Of a DNA stretch of 64,000 bases, positions 1-10,363 are shown piece by piece. The stretch's first letter is position 1, and each line of letters begins with the position of its first letter. This DNA is from an uncultured Chloroflexia bacterium. Lineage in GTDB: Bacteria > Chloroflexota > Dehalococcoidia > SM23-28-2 > RBG-16-64-32. Position numbers and translations under genes: made by a program. Where the stretch lies: the NCBI GenBank assembly GCA_963717065.1, contig CAVQVC010000001.1, positions 199,643-263,642 on the forward strand. The letters run 5' to 3'. The notes under the pieces were generated by a model. The model saw only the letters and a list, made by a program, of their open reading frames with translations. It was not told the DNA's origin and searched no databases.

Positions 1-148
1 CTGGAACCTGATCGCTGAGCTGGTCGCCGATGCGTACCGGACGGTGGCGCCGAAGCGGTTGGTCGGCGGCGATCGATCGAGGCGACTGAACCAGGCACAA
101 ACGTCCGTTGGGGGCGCAGCAACCGCCCTCGTCGTCAGCGAAATCGGC

Positions 149-1804
149 TCAGCGCGTAATGTCCCGCCTGCTGAACCCAACGCTCCCCGCCGCTCCAAAG
201 ACGACCGTGGCAGCCAACAGGCCCGCCGTCGACGGCCAGTCCGGCCCGTCCAGCAGGGGGCGCCCGTAGAGGTGGAACACGGAAACGTACTGTAGTTCGC
301 TCGGCCAGCCGAACAACGGCACCAGGATTTCGATGAAGTACGAGATAAGTAGGATGGCCGCTCCGGCGCCGACCACGAGCCGGGGATAGGTGCTGGAAAC
401 GAAGTAGCCAAACGCCAGCACTACGGCGCTGAGAGGCAGGAGCAGCATGAGCGCCACAGCAGCGTCCTCCCACTTCAAGTCCACGCCCGCCGCCACGGCG
501 GCGACCGCCAGGCCCGCCCCGGCGAGTCCGATCACGACAACATCTGCCGAGAGTGCCGCGGCCAACCGCTGCAGGAAGATAGAGACGCGTGGCACCGGAC
601 AGGCTACCTCGAGTTCGAGGCGCCCATCGATCTCTTCAGACGCCCAGGCCGCGGCCAGTGTCAGCGCGAAGATCGAGACGAGGAGTTCCAGAAACCCGAA
701 GACCGCGAACGAAATCACCGCGCTGTCCGTGATCTTTTCGGTTCCAATCAACTGGGAGAGCGCCGAACTCGAAGCGCGCTCCGCCCAGACTTCGCGTACT
801 CCGGGCGTCACGGCGGCGAACGTCGCTGAAAGGGCGGCCAGGCCGATTCCCCAGCCCGCCACGGATGTTCGCGAGTCCGCCAGGCCGCGGAAGTAAGGCG
901 ACCGCAGCCCCACCTCCGGACGAAAATAGGCTGCCGTAAAGGCGGCAGGGGTAGTGGCCTCGGGAGCCTTTTGCCAGGGCAGCCTTATCGCGCCCCGCAG
1001 GTCGCGCCGGCCTACCAACCAGCATGCAAATGCGACCAGGCCGCCGGCCAGAATCGCCAGGCCGGCGACGGCGGCGAAGTTGACACGACCCTCGGACAGC
1101 GGAGCGCTTGCCGAGTATAGGTAGAACGGCGAAATCGGCCGCAGATCCCTGATCGCCGGCGTGATGGCGGTTAGATTGTTCCAGATATGCATCGCTACAA
1201 TTGCACCGCCTGTCGCCAGCGCCGCGCTTCGGCGTGACGTAGTGAAATGACCGGCCACCAGCCCCAGGGAGGCTGCAAACGCCACCACCAGGTAGAGATT
1301 GACTGCCAGGAGAAAGCTATCGAGTGCGTTGACCGCTTCCTCACCGGCGACCGGACCCGCGGCCATCATCCCCAGCCAGATCAGCCCGCAGATCACCGCC
1401 ATGCCGGCCAGCACTGAGGCGGCCTGCTCGGCGAAGACTCGCGTCCGGGAAGATGCTGTCGCGGCGACGGGCTCCAGTGTTCTGTCCTCTTCGGCGCCCC
1501 GCGTTATCCGGGTAGCGGTCAGCACGGCGATGATGCCGAGAAGCAGGGGCATCAGGCCGATCGCTCGCCATTCGATCCAGCCGGGCAGGCGATCGATGCT
1601 GTGTGGCTCACCGTACAGAACCTCGGCTATCGAGAGGCCGCTCTTCACCTGTTCAGCGAGCAGCGCCCTGGACGCCTGGTCGGGGTATGCGTGAACCCAG
1701 GCCGCGGCGATCACAACGGTGAGCACGGCGAGACTCGCGCCCCAGCCGAGGGCCGAAATGCGCTGGTCTCGCAGCGACTTGAGGAAAATGGAGCGGAACA
1801 TCAC
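149..1804 (-). CDS. ABC transporter permease, ABC-2 family (internally duplicated, about 12 TM)
   Basis: 551-aa polytopic membrane ORF. It overlaps by 4 nt with the downstream ABC ATPase, a typical operon arrangement. Confidence 0.65.
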   Translation of the reverse strand: MMFRSIFLKSLRDQRISALGWGASLAVLTVVIAAAWVHAYPDQASRALLAEQVKSGLSIAEVLYGEPHSIDRLPGWIEWRAIGLMPLLLGIIAVLTATRITRGAEEDRTLEPVAATASSRTRVFAEQAASVLAGMAVICGLIWLGMMAAGPVAGEEAVNALDSFLLAVNLYLVVAFAASLGLVAGHFTTSRRSAALATGGAIVAMHIWNNLTAITPAIRDLRPISPFYLYSASAPLSEGRVNFAAVAGLAILAGGLVAFACWLVGRRDLRGAIRLPWQKAPEATTPAAFTAAYFRPEVGLRSPYFRGLADSRTSVAGWGIGLAALSATFAAVTPGVREVWAERASSSALSQLIGTEKITDSAVISFAVFGFLELLVSIFALTLAAAWASEEIDGRLELEVACPVPRVSIFLQRLAAALSADVVVIGLAGAGLAVAAVAAGVDLKWEDAAVALMLLLPLSAVVLAFGYFVSSTYPRLVVGAGAAILLISYFIEILVPLFGWPSELQYVSVFHLYGRPLLDGPDWPSTAGLLAATVVFGAAGSVGFSRRDITR

Positions 1805-2760
1805 TCCTGTTCTGCTTCTTCGTACAGATCTAGGAAGATGTCGGTCAGGCTGGGCTCTTGGCTGACCAGTTGCCGGACATGAAATGCCGACAGCTCGGTG
1901 AGAATATCGTGCATGTCGCCGTCAACGATGAGGGAGACCGTGTTCCCCTCGACCTTGACATTGCGGGTACCCGCAACGGACGCCAGTTTGGAAGCATCCG
2001 GCGTCAGGTCGCAATCCGCTTCTACGTAGTGAGATCGCACGCCCAGCACCTCGTGTACCGGCCCGACTCGGATCAGGCGGCCGTCGCGGATGAACGCCAC
2101 CGTGTGGCACACCTTCTCGACCTCGCTCAAGACGTGGGACGAGAAGAAGACTGTCGCACCGTCCGCCTGTGCCTCGCGAACAAGGTCGAGGACGACCTCC
2201 TGGCTCAAAGGATCGAGCCCGCCGCTCGGCTCGTCGAGAATCAGCACGCGGGGCCGGTGCATGAAGGCCTGAAGGAGTCCGACCTTCTGCTTGTTGCCCC
2301 GGGAATAGTCGCCGAACGGCCGCCCGAGATCTAGCTCCAGGCGATTGGCGAGTCTCGCAACGTGGTCCCAGTCGACGCCGCCGCGGAGATTCGCAAGATA
2401 CACGATCAACTGGCGGCCGGTTAGTTTCGGATCGAGGGCGAACTCGCCCGGGAGGTAGCCTGTGATCTTGTGGACCTCGGACGCGTCACTGCGGCTGTCG
2501 TGGCCGAAGATCGAGACGCTGCCGGCGTCGGCCCGGATGAGGTCGAGCATCAGGCGTATCGTCGTCGTCTTGCCGGCGCCGTTTGGCCCCAGGAATCCGA
2601 AGATCTCGGCCTCAGGCACCTCCAGATCGAGGTCGAAGACACCCCTCTTCTCGCCGTATGACTTTGTCAGTCGTCGGGACTGGATTGCGTTAGCCAAGCC
2701 TGTGCCTCTTGCCTCTCTTCGCTGCTGTGCTGAATAGGGGAGAACCGACACGATCGGCAA
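1801..2760 (-). CDS. ABC transporter ATP-binding protein
   Basis: Walker A GPNGAGKTT. ABC signature YSRGNKQKV. Walker B LILDEPSGGLD. Confidence 0.85.
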   Translation of the reverse strand: MPIVSVLPYSAQQRREARGTGLANAIQSRRLTKSYGEKRGVFDLDLEVPEAEIFGFLGPNGAGKTTTIRLMLDLIRADAGSVSIFGHDSRSDASEVHKITGYLPGEFALDPKLTGRQLIVYLANLRGGVDWDHVARLANRLELDLGRPFGDYSRGNKQKVGLLQAFMHRPRVLILDEPSGGLDPLSQEVVLDLVREAQADGATVFFSSHVLSEVEKVCHTVAFIRDGRLIRVGPVHEVLGVRSHYVEADCDLTPDASKLASVAGTRNVKVEGNTVSLIVDGDMHDILTELSAFHVRQLVSQEPSLTDIFLDLYEEAEQE

Positions 2761-3012
2761 GCACTTCCACCGCCACCGTGGTTGAGCTCCTCTCTAGCCT
2801 GGCCTGCGGCTCGCGAAGATTCTAACACCCATTCGTGCTCTGAGGGCTGCGCCGCCTGCTTCCGCTCCACGCAGTCCTGCTACCACGACCTGCCGTTATC
2901 TGGTGCGGTGCCTTAGTGCTCCGAAGGGACGACGAAACGTCATCGATTGACGGCGAAAACGCGCTGATCGTACGTCTGCACCCTTGTGATACAATTCGCA
3001 ATCGGGTAAACC

Positions 3013-3675
3013 ATGGCAGACGACACCCAACTGATCCGCGTCACCGACACCGCCGCCGAGAGCGTCGAGGAGTCCCTTCGGCAGAACATGATCCTCACCT
3101 CCGTCGAGGGCATCGTGAACTGGGCGCGCCGCTCCTCCCTCTGGCCCGTCGCCTTCGGCCTCGCCTGCTGCGCCATCGAGATGATCGCGACGGCGATGCC
3201 CCGCTACGACATCGCCCGCTTCGGCGCCGAGCTCTTCCGCCCCTCGCCCCGCCAGGCCGACCTGATGATCGTCGCCGGCACCGTCACCTGGAAGATGGCC
3301 GTCCCCGTCCGCCGCATCTACCTCCAGATGGCCGAGCCCCGTTACGTCATCTCCATGGGCTCCTGCGCCACCATCGGCGGCCCCTTCGCCTACGGCTACA
3401 GCACTCTCCCCGGCGTCAATCTGATCATCCCCGTCGACGTCTACGTCCCCGGCTGCCCGCCGCGGCCGGAGTCGCTCCTCGCCGGTCTAATGCTCCTCCA
3501 GGAGAAGATCAAGAAGGAGAAGCTGGGTGGCGAGCGCGACGTCAGACAGCCCAGCGGCGACTTCTCCCGCTACCTCCCCGAGGGCGACCCCGTCCGCCGC
3601 GAGCTGGAGTCGCTGTTCCCGCCTTACACCGGCGAACACGTCCCCGACTCCGCCGTCTCCCGCATCCGCGCCTAG
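3013..3675 (+). CDS. nuoB: NADH-quinone oxidoreductase subunit B (NuoB/Nqo6-like, [4Fe-4S] N2 cluster)
   Basis: Motifs [19 protein letters not shown] and [12 protein letters not shown] with conserved Cys ligands. 220 aa. Confidence 0.9.
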   Translation: MADDTQLIRVTDTAAESVEESLRQNMILTSVEGIVNWARRSSLWPVAFGLACCAIEMIATAMPRYDIARFGAELFRPSPRQADLMIVAGTVTWKMAVPVRRIYLQMAEPRYVISMGSCATIGGPFAYGYSTLPGVNLIIPVDVYVPGCPPRPESLLAGLMLLQEKIKKEKLGGERDVRQPSGDFSRYLPEGDPVRRELESLFPPYTGEHVPDSAVSRIRA

Positions 3676-3875
3676 GAAGTGCTGCCCCGGATCTTGTCTT
3701 TCGGAAGTACGGCGCTTAGCCTGACATCGTGCACCTAATCCGTCCCAACCTCGATCCCGTCCTGTCCGACTTCCACCGAGAAGCCGCCTGCGTCCGCGCC
3801 CTCCTGGTTCTCTCGCCCACCTGACCGCCCTGCCTCGACGGCGCCTCCCGTGCGGGGGCCGGTCTCCTGGCCGGA

Positions 3876-4238
3876 GTGCTGCACCCGAACCTGCGTGTGT
3901 ACTTCGTCTGGACGCCGATGCAGCCGTCGGACTCGGAGACCGCCGCCGGACTCGCGGCAGATCCTATTGCTGACCCCCGCGCCGCGCATTACTGGGATGC
4001 GCAACGCCATCTGACGCGAGAGCTGGGAGTCGCGCTGGGCATCAGTGCCTCAGAATCCATCCCGATGGCTCGCGGCGTTGGCGCCGCCTGGGACGTGTAC
4101 CTGGCGTACGGGCGCGGCGATTCAGACATTCGGTCCCCCCGCTTCTGGATGCACCAACTTGCTGTCAAGCACGCGCCACGGCTCGACCTAACGGAATGGG
4201 TGCACGTGGTCGAGGCGTTGGTGGGTAACGATGCGTAG
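3876..4238 (+). CDS. hypothetical protein
   Basis: Open frame from 3825 with a GTG start at 3876. No recognisable domain. Lies between nuoB and sodX. Confidence 0.3.
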   Translation: MLHPNLRVYFVWTPMQPSDSETAAGLAADPIADPRAAHYWDAQRHLTRELGVALGISASESIPMARGVGAAWDVYLAYGRGDSDIRSPRFWMHQLAVKHAPRLDLTEWVHVVEALVGNDA

Positions 4239-4302
4239 GGGTTGAGCAAGTGCGCCCATTCGCGTCGAATCTTCGCGGCGCCATCGCGCAGTTGCTCAAC
4301 CC

Positions 4303-4776
4303 CTACCTGCGTTCGATCCTCCTCACTCGTTCCGGCGGCCAGTACACCAACCAACCGCGAGCAATGATGTCCTCTCGGCGGAAGGGCCCTAACTCCCGGC
4401 TGTCCGTGCTTCGGTCTGAGTTGTCGCCGAGCAGCCAGTACTCGCCCGCTGGTTTGCGCCCCGCGTGTACGGGAGCCCCAGCGACTCGCTTGATGAACCG
4501 GACACCGGGCCGCGCCGCGTGGCGTGCAAGCACTACATCACCCACTTGCGGCGCCGCGTCGCGGTACGCCAACCTGTCAAACAGGACCCGCTCCCTCGGC
4601 CGCAGCGTTGGGTACATGCTCGCCCCGCGGACGATGACCCGCTTCGCGGTCACTAGGGCGAGGAGCGGGTACAGTCCGGGGATTGAGCGCGAGAAACGAA
4701 GAATGCTGGCAACTGACAACTGAAAACTACCAACTACAACCCGTCGTCTGCTAACCTCTATTCGCCAATCACACAC
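4303..4776 (-). CDS. sodX: S26-family signal-peptidase-like protein, SodX-type NiSOD maturation peptidase
   Basis: S26 boxes GASMYPTL, GDVVLAR, FIKRVAG and GDNSDRSTDSR. Start codon is 17 bp from the divergent sodN start. Confidence 0.7.
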   Translation of the reverse strand: MCDWRIEVSRRRVVVGSFQLSVASILRFSRSIPGLYPLLALVTAKRVIVRGASMYPTLRPRERVLFDRLAYRDAAPQVGDVVLARHAARPGVRFIKRVAGAPVHAGRKPAGEYWLLGDNSDRSTDSRELGPFRREDIIARGWLVYWPPERVRRIERR

Positions 4777-4793
4777 CCCAAGGAGGTTCGCCC

Positions 4794-5296
4794 ATGCTAC
4801 GACACGCTTTCGCCCTGCTCAACCGCCTGCTGCCCGCCGAGGAGCGCGTCCGCCCACTGCGACATCCCCTGCGGCATCTACGACCCCCACTATGCCCAGG
4901 TCGCCGCGCTCACCGTCATCCGCATGAACCAGCTCATCGAGGCGATGGAAGCTCCAGCCATGGAGAAGGCCGCCCGCGACAAGTACATGCACAACCTCGC
5001 CCGCTACACCGCCACCAAGGAGCACCACGCCGAGCTGGTCAAGCACGAGGTCCGGATCATCGTGGGCGACTTCTTCAAGGCCGACAACACTCCGAGCGAC
5101 CTCTTTCCCGCTCGTCAACGACATCATGAAGACCGCATCCGTCGCGCGCCAGAACATCGACGCCGAGGCAGCAAACAAGCTGCTGGACCTGGTCAACCAG
5201 TTCGCCGAGGCGTTCTGGAAGGCGAAGGGCGTCGAGACGAAGAAGGTCTCTTCGAACCAGGCCGCCGGCGGTGAGTTCATCGTCCCGGCGGGCTAG
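4794..5296 (+). pseudogene. sodN: nickel superoxide dismutase SodN, frameshifted twice (+1 near 4845 and +1 near 5108)
   Basis: AAGGAGG RBS 7 nt before ATG 4794. Ni-hook HCDIPCGIYDP lies in frame +1 from 4855. The C-terminus LFPLVNDIMKTASVARQNIDAEAANKLLDLVNQFAEAFWKAKG lies in frame +2 and ends at TAG 5294-5296. Both shifts fall at CCC runs. Confidence 0.8.
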
Positions 5297-5356
5297 CAAG
5301 GCACCACCTCCAGCGCCAGCGGGGACGCCTCCGCCCGAGAATCGTTGCACACGGGA

Positions 5357-5374
5357 TAGTTGCACGCGCAACTA
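5357..5374. promoter_or_regulatory. perfect 7-bp inverted repeat TAGTTGC-n4-GCAACTA, candidate MarR operator
   Basis: Palindrome 23 bp upstream of the marR GTG start. Confidence 0.4.
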
Positions 5375-5396
5375 CAATGCTGTTACCCTGAGCGTT

Positions 5397-5930
5397 GTGA
5401 AACTCCCTGACGAACTGCTCGAGCACAGCGACGCCATTGACGCCCTCCGCACCATCAACCGGGTGCGCTGGGTGGTTGGCGACATGATCGGCAAGCAGGT
5501 TGAGCACCAGGAAGGCATCCCCTTTGAGTGGTTCGAGGTGCTGATTGTGCTCGCCGAAGCCCCTGAGGAGGCCCTCCGGATGGGCGACCTCGCCAGCCTC
5601 ACGCTCCGCAGCAAGAGCGCGATGACACGCCTGACAGACCGCATGGAGCGGGCCACCCTCGTCCGGCGCGACTCCTGCGAAAGCGACCGGCGGGTGATCT
5701 TCGTAACGCTTACTGACGAAGGACGCGCGCTCATCGAGCGCGTGAAACCGCCCGCGGCGCGGATCATGATCGAGCGTTTCACGTCCCACATCACCCCCGA
5801 GGACGCGCGCTTCATCACTACCGCCCTGACGAAAGTCCTCGTCGCAAACGGCGCCGAGTTGGAGACTCCTCTCCGGCCCGAGAGCGACGATGCGGTTCCG
5901 GTGACATTGAGCGGGGAGCGCTCGCGTTGA
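5397..5930 (+). CDS. MarR family transcriptional regulator
   Basis: Winged-helix segment RLTDRMERATLVRRDSCESDRRVIFVTLTDEGRALIERV. Plausible GTG start at 5397 (the longer ORF begins at 5271). Overlaps the MMPL gene by 4 nt. Confidence 0.75.
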   Translation: MKLPDELLEHSDAIDALRTINRVRWVVGDMIGKQVEHQEGIPFEWFEVLIVLAEAPEEALRMGDLASLTLRSKSAMTRLTDRMERATLVRRDSCESDRRVIFVTLTDEGRALIERVKPPAARIMIERFTSHITPEDARFITTALTKVLVANGAELETPLRPESDDAVPVTLSGERSR

Positions 5931-8107
5931 GCCGCCCCTCATTCTTGTTCGAACGCTGGCCGCGCTTCGCCCACCGCCACGCGCGAATCGTCATCGCCGG
6001 CGCCTTCGCTGTAATCATCCCGCTCGCTCTTCTCTGGTCGGTCGCAGCCGGCGAATACGGCACCTCGTTCAGCGTGCCCGGCTCAGAGGCACAGCAGCTC
6101 TTCGACGTCCTCTCGGAGCGTTTTCCCTCAAACGCCGGCGACCAGGCCACAGTTGTCGTCAAGGCAGACGCAGGCTTCGACGATCCCGCAGTTCAATCAC
6201 AGCTCGAATCCCTTCGCGGAGAGCTCACCGCGCTACCGCAGGTAACCGGGGTCTCCTCTCCCCTCGAAACCCCCGGGAGCACCTCGCAGGACGGGACGAT
6301 CGCCCGCATCGCCGTCCAGTACGGCAGCCAGGCCCGTGACCTTGACGAATCCACCGCTGAGGCGCTCATCGACCTTGTCGAGGAGCAGTCAGTGCCCGGC
6401 TTCCAGGTGGAGGCCGGCGGCCCAATCGTTCAGCTCGCCGAGCGCGAGCCTCCCGGAAGCTCCGAGATTATCGGAATCGCCGCCGCCGTAATCATCCTCC
6501 TGTTGGCGTTTGGCTCGGTCGTGGCGATGGGACTGCCCATAGTCACCGCGCTGCTCGGCCTCAGCACGGGCTTTTTCCTGATCGGCCTCGCCTCTCGCTT
6601 CGTCCCCATGCCGGGTTTCGCGCCGCAGTTCATCGCCATGATCGGCATCGGCGTCGGCATCGACTATGCCCTCCTTATCGTCAGCCGATACCGTGAAGAG
6701 GTCGGGACCGGCATGTCGGGCGAGGACGCAGCGGTAACCTCTGCCGGCACAGCCGGTCGCTCGGTCTTCTTCGCAGGCGTCACCGTCGTCATCGCCCTCC
6801 TCGGCCTCTGGGCGTCGGGGATCGAGGCGATCGGCTGGGTCGGGACTGCCGGCGCCGCCGTCGTCGGCATTATGGTCGCCGTCGCCCTTCTCGTGCTCCC
6901 GGCTTTCCTGCGCTTTGCCGGCCCTTACCTGGACCGTTGGAGCGTGCCCGGACTGAAACCACCCTCTGCCGACAACACAACCGGAATTGCCTACCGCTGG
7001 AGCCGCTTCGTTCAGCGGAACCCCCTCATCTGTCTGGCAGCCTCGCTCGGGTTCCTGCTGCTCCTGGCGGCGCCCGTGCTGGACCTCCGGCTGGGCACTT
7101 CCGACTCCGGGAACAACCCCGAGTCGTTCACCTCGCGCCGCGCCTACGACCTGATCACAGAAGGGTTCGGCCCGGGCGCAAACGGTCCGATTATCGTCGG
7201 TGTGACCATCGACGACCCGGCCGCCCTCTCTACAGTGGAGCAACTACCTGATTTCCTCGGCGATTTCGCCGGCGTCCAGCAAGTGTCACCGCCGCGTTTC
7301 AACGACGACAAGACGGCCGCCGTCATCACCGTTATCCCGGCTTACGCGCCGCAGGATTCCGAAACCGTGGACCTCATCCACGACCTCCGCCGGTCGCTGG
7401 CCGGGGAATTCGAAGGGACCGGAGCTCATCCGCTGGTGGGTGGCTCGACGGCCCTCTTTATCGATGTCGGGACGCAGCAGTCGGAGCGTCTCCCCTATTT
7501 CCTCGGCGCCGTCCTCCTCCTCAGCTTCCTCCTCTTGATGGCCGTCTTCCGGTCGCTTCTCGTGCCGCTCAAGGCGGTAGCCATGAACCTGCTCTCGATT
7601 GGTGCAGCCTTCGGCATCCTCGTCGTTATCTTCCAGTGGGGCTGGTTCGGAAACGTGCTCGACGTCAGCCGCGAGGGACCTGTTGAGGCGTTCTTGCCGA
7701 TGATGCTTTTTGCCGTCCTCTTCGGCCTCTCCATGGACTACGAAGTCTTCCTTGTAAGCCGCATCCGCGAAGAGTACCTGAAGTCCGGGGACAACTCCGA
7801 GGCGGTCGCCCGGGGTCTCTCCGTCACCAGCCGCGTCATCACCGCCGCCGCCGCGATAATGGTCGCCGTCTTCGGTGCATTCGCGCTGAGCGATCAGCGC
7901 GTCGTCAAGGAGTTCGGGATCGGCCTCTGTTGCGCCATCTTCCTGGACGCTACGGTAGTCCGCCTCGTACTCGTGCCGAGCCTCATGCAACTGGCGGGAC
8001 GCTGGAACTGGTGGATGCCCAGCCGGCTCGACCGGCTGCTCCCCAGGATCAGCGTCGAGTCCGAGCACCTCGGCCCCCCCGTCGAGGCCAAGGCGGACAC
8101 CATCTAG
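5927..8107 (+). CDS. MMPL family RND-type transporter
   Basis: 726 aa. Two 6-TM bundles with large extracytoplasmic loops. Typical MMPL-family segments. Confidence 0.85.
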   Translation: MSRPSFLFERWPRFAHRHARIVIAGAFAVIIPLALLWSVAAGEYGTSFSVPGSEAQQLFDVLSERFPSNAGDQATVVVKADAGFDDPAVQSQLESLRGELTALPQVTGVSSPLETPGSTSQDGTIARIAVQYGSQARDLDESTAEALIDLVEEQSVPGFQVEAGGPIVQLAEREPPGSSEIIGIAAAVIILLLAFGSVVAMGLPIVTALLGLSTGFFLIGLASRFVPMPGFAPQFIAMIGIGVGIDYALLIVSRYREEVGTGMSGEDAAVTSAGTAGRSVFFAGVTVVIALLGLWASGIEAIGWVGTAGAAVVGIMVAVALLVLPAFLRFAGPYLDRWSVPGLKPPSADNTTGIAYRWSRFVQRNPLICLAASLGFLLLLAAPVLDLRLGTSDSGNNPESFTSRRAYDLITEGFGPGANGPIIVGVTIDDPAALSTVEQLPDFLGDFAGVQQVSPPRFNDDKTAAVITVIPAYAPQDSETVDLIHDLRRSLAGEFEGTGAHPLVGGSTALFIDVGTQQSERLPYFLGAVLLLSFLLLMAVFRSLLVPLKAVAMNLLSIGAAFGILVVIFQWGWFGNVLDVSREGPVEAFLPMMLFAVLFGLSMDYEVFLVSRIREEYLKSGDNSEAVARGLSVTSRVITAAAAIMVAVFGAFALSDQRVVKEFGIGLCCAIFLDATVVRLVLVPSLMQLAGRWNWWMPSRLDRLLPRISVESEHLGPPVEAKADTI

Positions 8108-8118
8108 ACCGGTGGATA

Positions 8119-10140
8119 CTAACGTCCGGCGTTAATCGCACCGGCTCCGCAAATTTGCTGAGCGCCCCTCTTAACCTGTAAATCATTACCCCCACCTCCG
8201 AAGACGAGAGCCTTCGGCCGCGATCGTCGGCTGCGCGAGACGGCGTCCTTGCGCGATTGCAGGACTAGCGCGCCGGCGAGGAAAGTGGCCGTCATGCCGC
8301 CGAGAATGCCCCAGTAGAGGAGGAGACGTGGCTGCCGGTCGGCGCGGGACTCTGCGGCGCTCTTCGGACCAGGATCAGTGTCGTAGGTCTGCGGGTCGAA
8401 GTTGACCTGCTTGAGGAGTGGATTTTCCTCAAGTGTTCCGGGTTCCCTCTCGAGCGTCTGGTAGTATAGCCGGTTTAGTTCGGCGGTCGTGCCCATGGCA
8501 GTGGAAGACCAGTGCCCAACCATGCCGTAGCTCATTACCTCGGCGACGCCGTTCACGGGCAAGACGAAACCTCCAAGGAGCATTTGCGGGGCGACAAGGA
8601 GCGGGGCTGCCGCGGCGGCCAGGGCGACGTTCTTCGCCCCGGCCGAGATCATCAGGCCGAGGGCCATCGCCGCCATCATGGTCAGCACCAGTCCCAGGTA
8701 CAATTCCAGCCATCCCGGCAGGAAGACGCCGTGCGGCGGCGTTCCAGTCTTGAGAACAATTACGCCCAGCATCAAGGCAGCCTGCATGAGAACGAGAACG
8801 GAGAGGACCGCGACTTTCGATGCGACGTAGGGTCCGACTCCCAGGTTCACTAGCCGCTCTCGCTTGTAGATAGAATTCTCTTTCACGATCTCGCGCGACG
8901 CGCTATTCGTGCCAATCCAGATGGCCAGTATTGCGATCATCGCCAACGCGAGCTGGGCGCTCACGAATGATTTTCCGTCTGCGAACAGATCCGAGTTGAT
9001 CACCAGCATCAGGCTCAGACCCATGAATGGCGCCTGCGATACAAGGATTCCGAGCGTCAGCTTGTCGGTCCAGAGGAGCCTGGCGTAGCGCTGTGTCAGT
9101 ATCAAGAACTGACGCCAGGGATGCATGTTCAGAGCGGGGTGCGTCGCGGGAACCCTGAAGCCTCTCGGGTGAGCCCTGGTTTCGGGCCGTCTCGCGGGCG
9201 AGGTCGGGAGTGGGTCAGGCATAGCGTCTCGTTGAGGCTGGCGGATGTAGCGATCGTAGAACGTTGACATGCGGTATCGGCACTCCCAGTACTCCGGGGC
9301 ATCTGCCGATTCATCGAGCATGTCGTAGATCGCGCTGATCGACGGTGCTTCGAAAAATTTGAGGGCGTCTTCCGGCGATCCAAAGAAACAAAGCCTCCCG
9401 GTCGGCGCCAGAAACGCCACCTTGTCGCAGACATCGATGTTCGCGGTGGCGTGGGTGACTGCGATTACTGTTCGTCCTTCGTCGGCCAGGCGCCGTAGCA
9501 AGAGCATCAGCCGCCGCTCCAGGACGGGATCGAGCCCCGATGTCGGCTCGTCCAGGTAAAGTAGTCCGGGCCGGGAGATCAGTTCGCTGGCAATGGATAC
9601 TCGCTTGCGCTGGCCTCCAGAAAGCTTACTGATTTGCTGCCGGCGGTGGGCAGTCATCTCCACCTCGTCGAGCGCGCTATCGACGCGAGCCAACACCTCG
9701 CTGGCGGGGGTGCCGGCGGGAAGCCGGAGGCGGGCGGTGAAATACAGTGCGTCCTCCACCCTGAGCTCGCGGTGGAGAATGTCGTCCTGGGGTACGTAAC
9801 CAAGCCGGTGCCTGTGCTCGCTCATGTTGGCGTAGTAGTCGGCCCCGTTAACCAGGACGTGGCCGCGCGCCGCCGGACGAAAGCCGTTCAGCGCGTCCAG
9901 CAATGTCGACTTTCCCGATCCGCTGCCACCAACCAGCGCAACAAATTCGCCCGGCGCTATCGAAAGCGAAATGTCGTTCAGCAATACCTTCTCTCCGCGC
10001 CGGCCGGCAAACTGACGAAGGCCGATTGCATCGACTCGCATCGGCTCACTCAGTGGGGGAAGCACACTCGGCTCGGCGCTTACGTCCGGGTCGTTTATGA
10101 CCTCTGGCCGGGCATTTGCCATTGGAGTTTGGGTAGTCAT
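8119..10140 (-). CDS. fused ABC transporter ATPase plus ABC-2 permease (ABCG/White-like half transporter)
   Basis: N-terminal Walker A GGSGSGKSTLL, LSGGQRKRVSIA and LYLDEPTSGLD. C-terminal 6-TM ABC-2 domain. Confidence 0.8.
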   Translation of the reverse strand: MTTQTPMANARPEVINDPDVSAEPSVLPPLSEPMRVDAIGLRQFAGRRGEKVLLNDISLSIAPGEFVALVGGSGSGKSTLLDALNGFRPAARGHVLVNGADYYANMSEHRHRLGYVPQDDILHRELRVEDALYFTARLRLPAGTPASEVLARVDSALDEVEMTAHRRQQISKLSGGQRKRVSIASELISRPGLLYLDEPTSGLDPVLERRLMLLLRRLADEGRTVIAVTHATANIDVCDKVAFLAPTGRLCFFGSPEDALKFFEAPSISAIYDMLDESADAPEYWECRYRMSTFYDRYIRQPQRDAMPDPLPTSPARRPETRAHPRGFRVPATHPALNMHPWRQFLILTQRYARLLWTDKLTLGILVSQAPFMGLSLMLVINSDLFADGKSFVSAQLALAMIAILAIWIGTNSASREIVKENSIYKRERLVNLGVGPYVASKVAVLSVLVLMQAALMLGVIVLKTGTPPHGVFLPGWLELYLGLVLTMMAAMALGLMISAGAKNVALAAAAAPLLVAPQMLLGGFVLPVNGVAEVMSYGMVGHWSSTAMGTTAELNRLYYQTLEREPGTLEENPLLKQVNFDPQTYDTDPGPKSAAESRADRQPRLLLYWGILGGMTATFLAGALVLQSRKDAVSRSRRSRPKALVFGGGGNDLQVKRGAQQICGAGAINAGR

Positions 10141-10363
10141 ACTGACCTCCCTTGCGCGAGACTTGCCGTTGAAACCAGCCTATGCAGCTGGGCGAAGGCG
10201 CACATCTCCCATGCTGGCTATTCGTGGAAGCGCGATCTTTGTGCCGCCTCTGGCCATGGTTGGCTATTACTCGCGGAGGTTGCGGGCGAGTGGCGCAAGA
10301 GATCCCTGTGATTTCTTTCACCAAACCTGCGTTTGCGCTAGACTTGGGCCGGAGGAGAAACGC

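Noticed and set aside
2916-3719. 267-aa Arg/His/Pro-rich ORF overlapping nuoB in another frame
   Set aside because: Low-complexity translation of GC-rich DNA, out of frame with a clearly real gene. Same for 6389..7243, 7286..8068, 11049..12554, 12691..13530, 14281..15069, 24539..25915, 33867..35156, 35721..36407, 37880..39157 N-terminal part, 39645..40262, 54020..54931 N-terminal part and 55697..56734.
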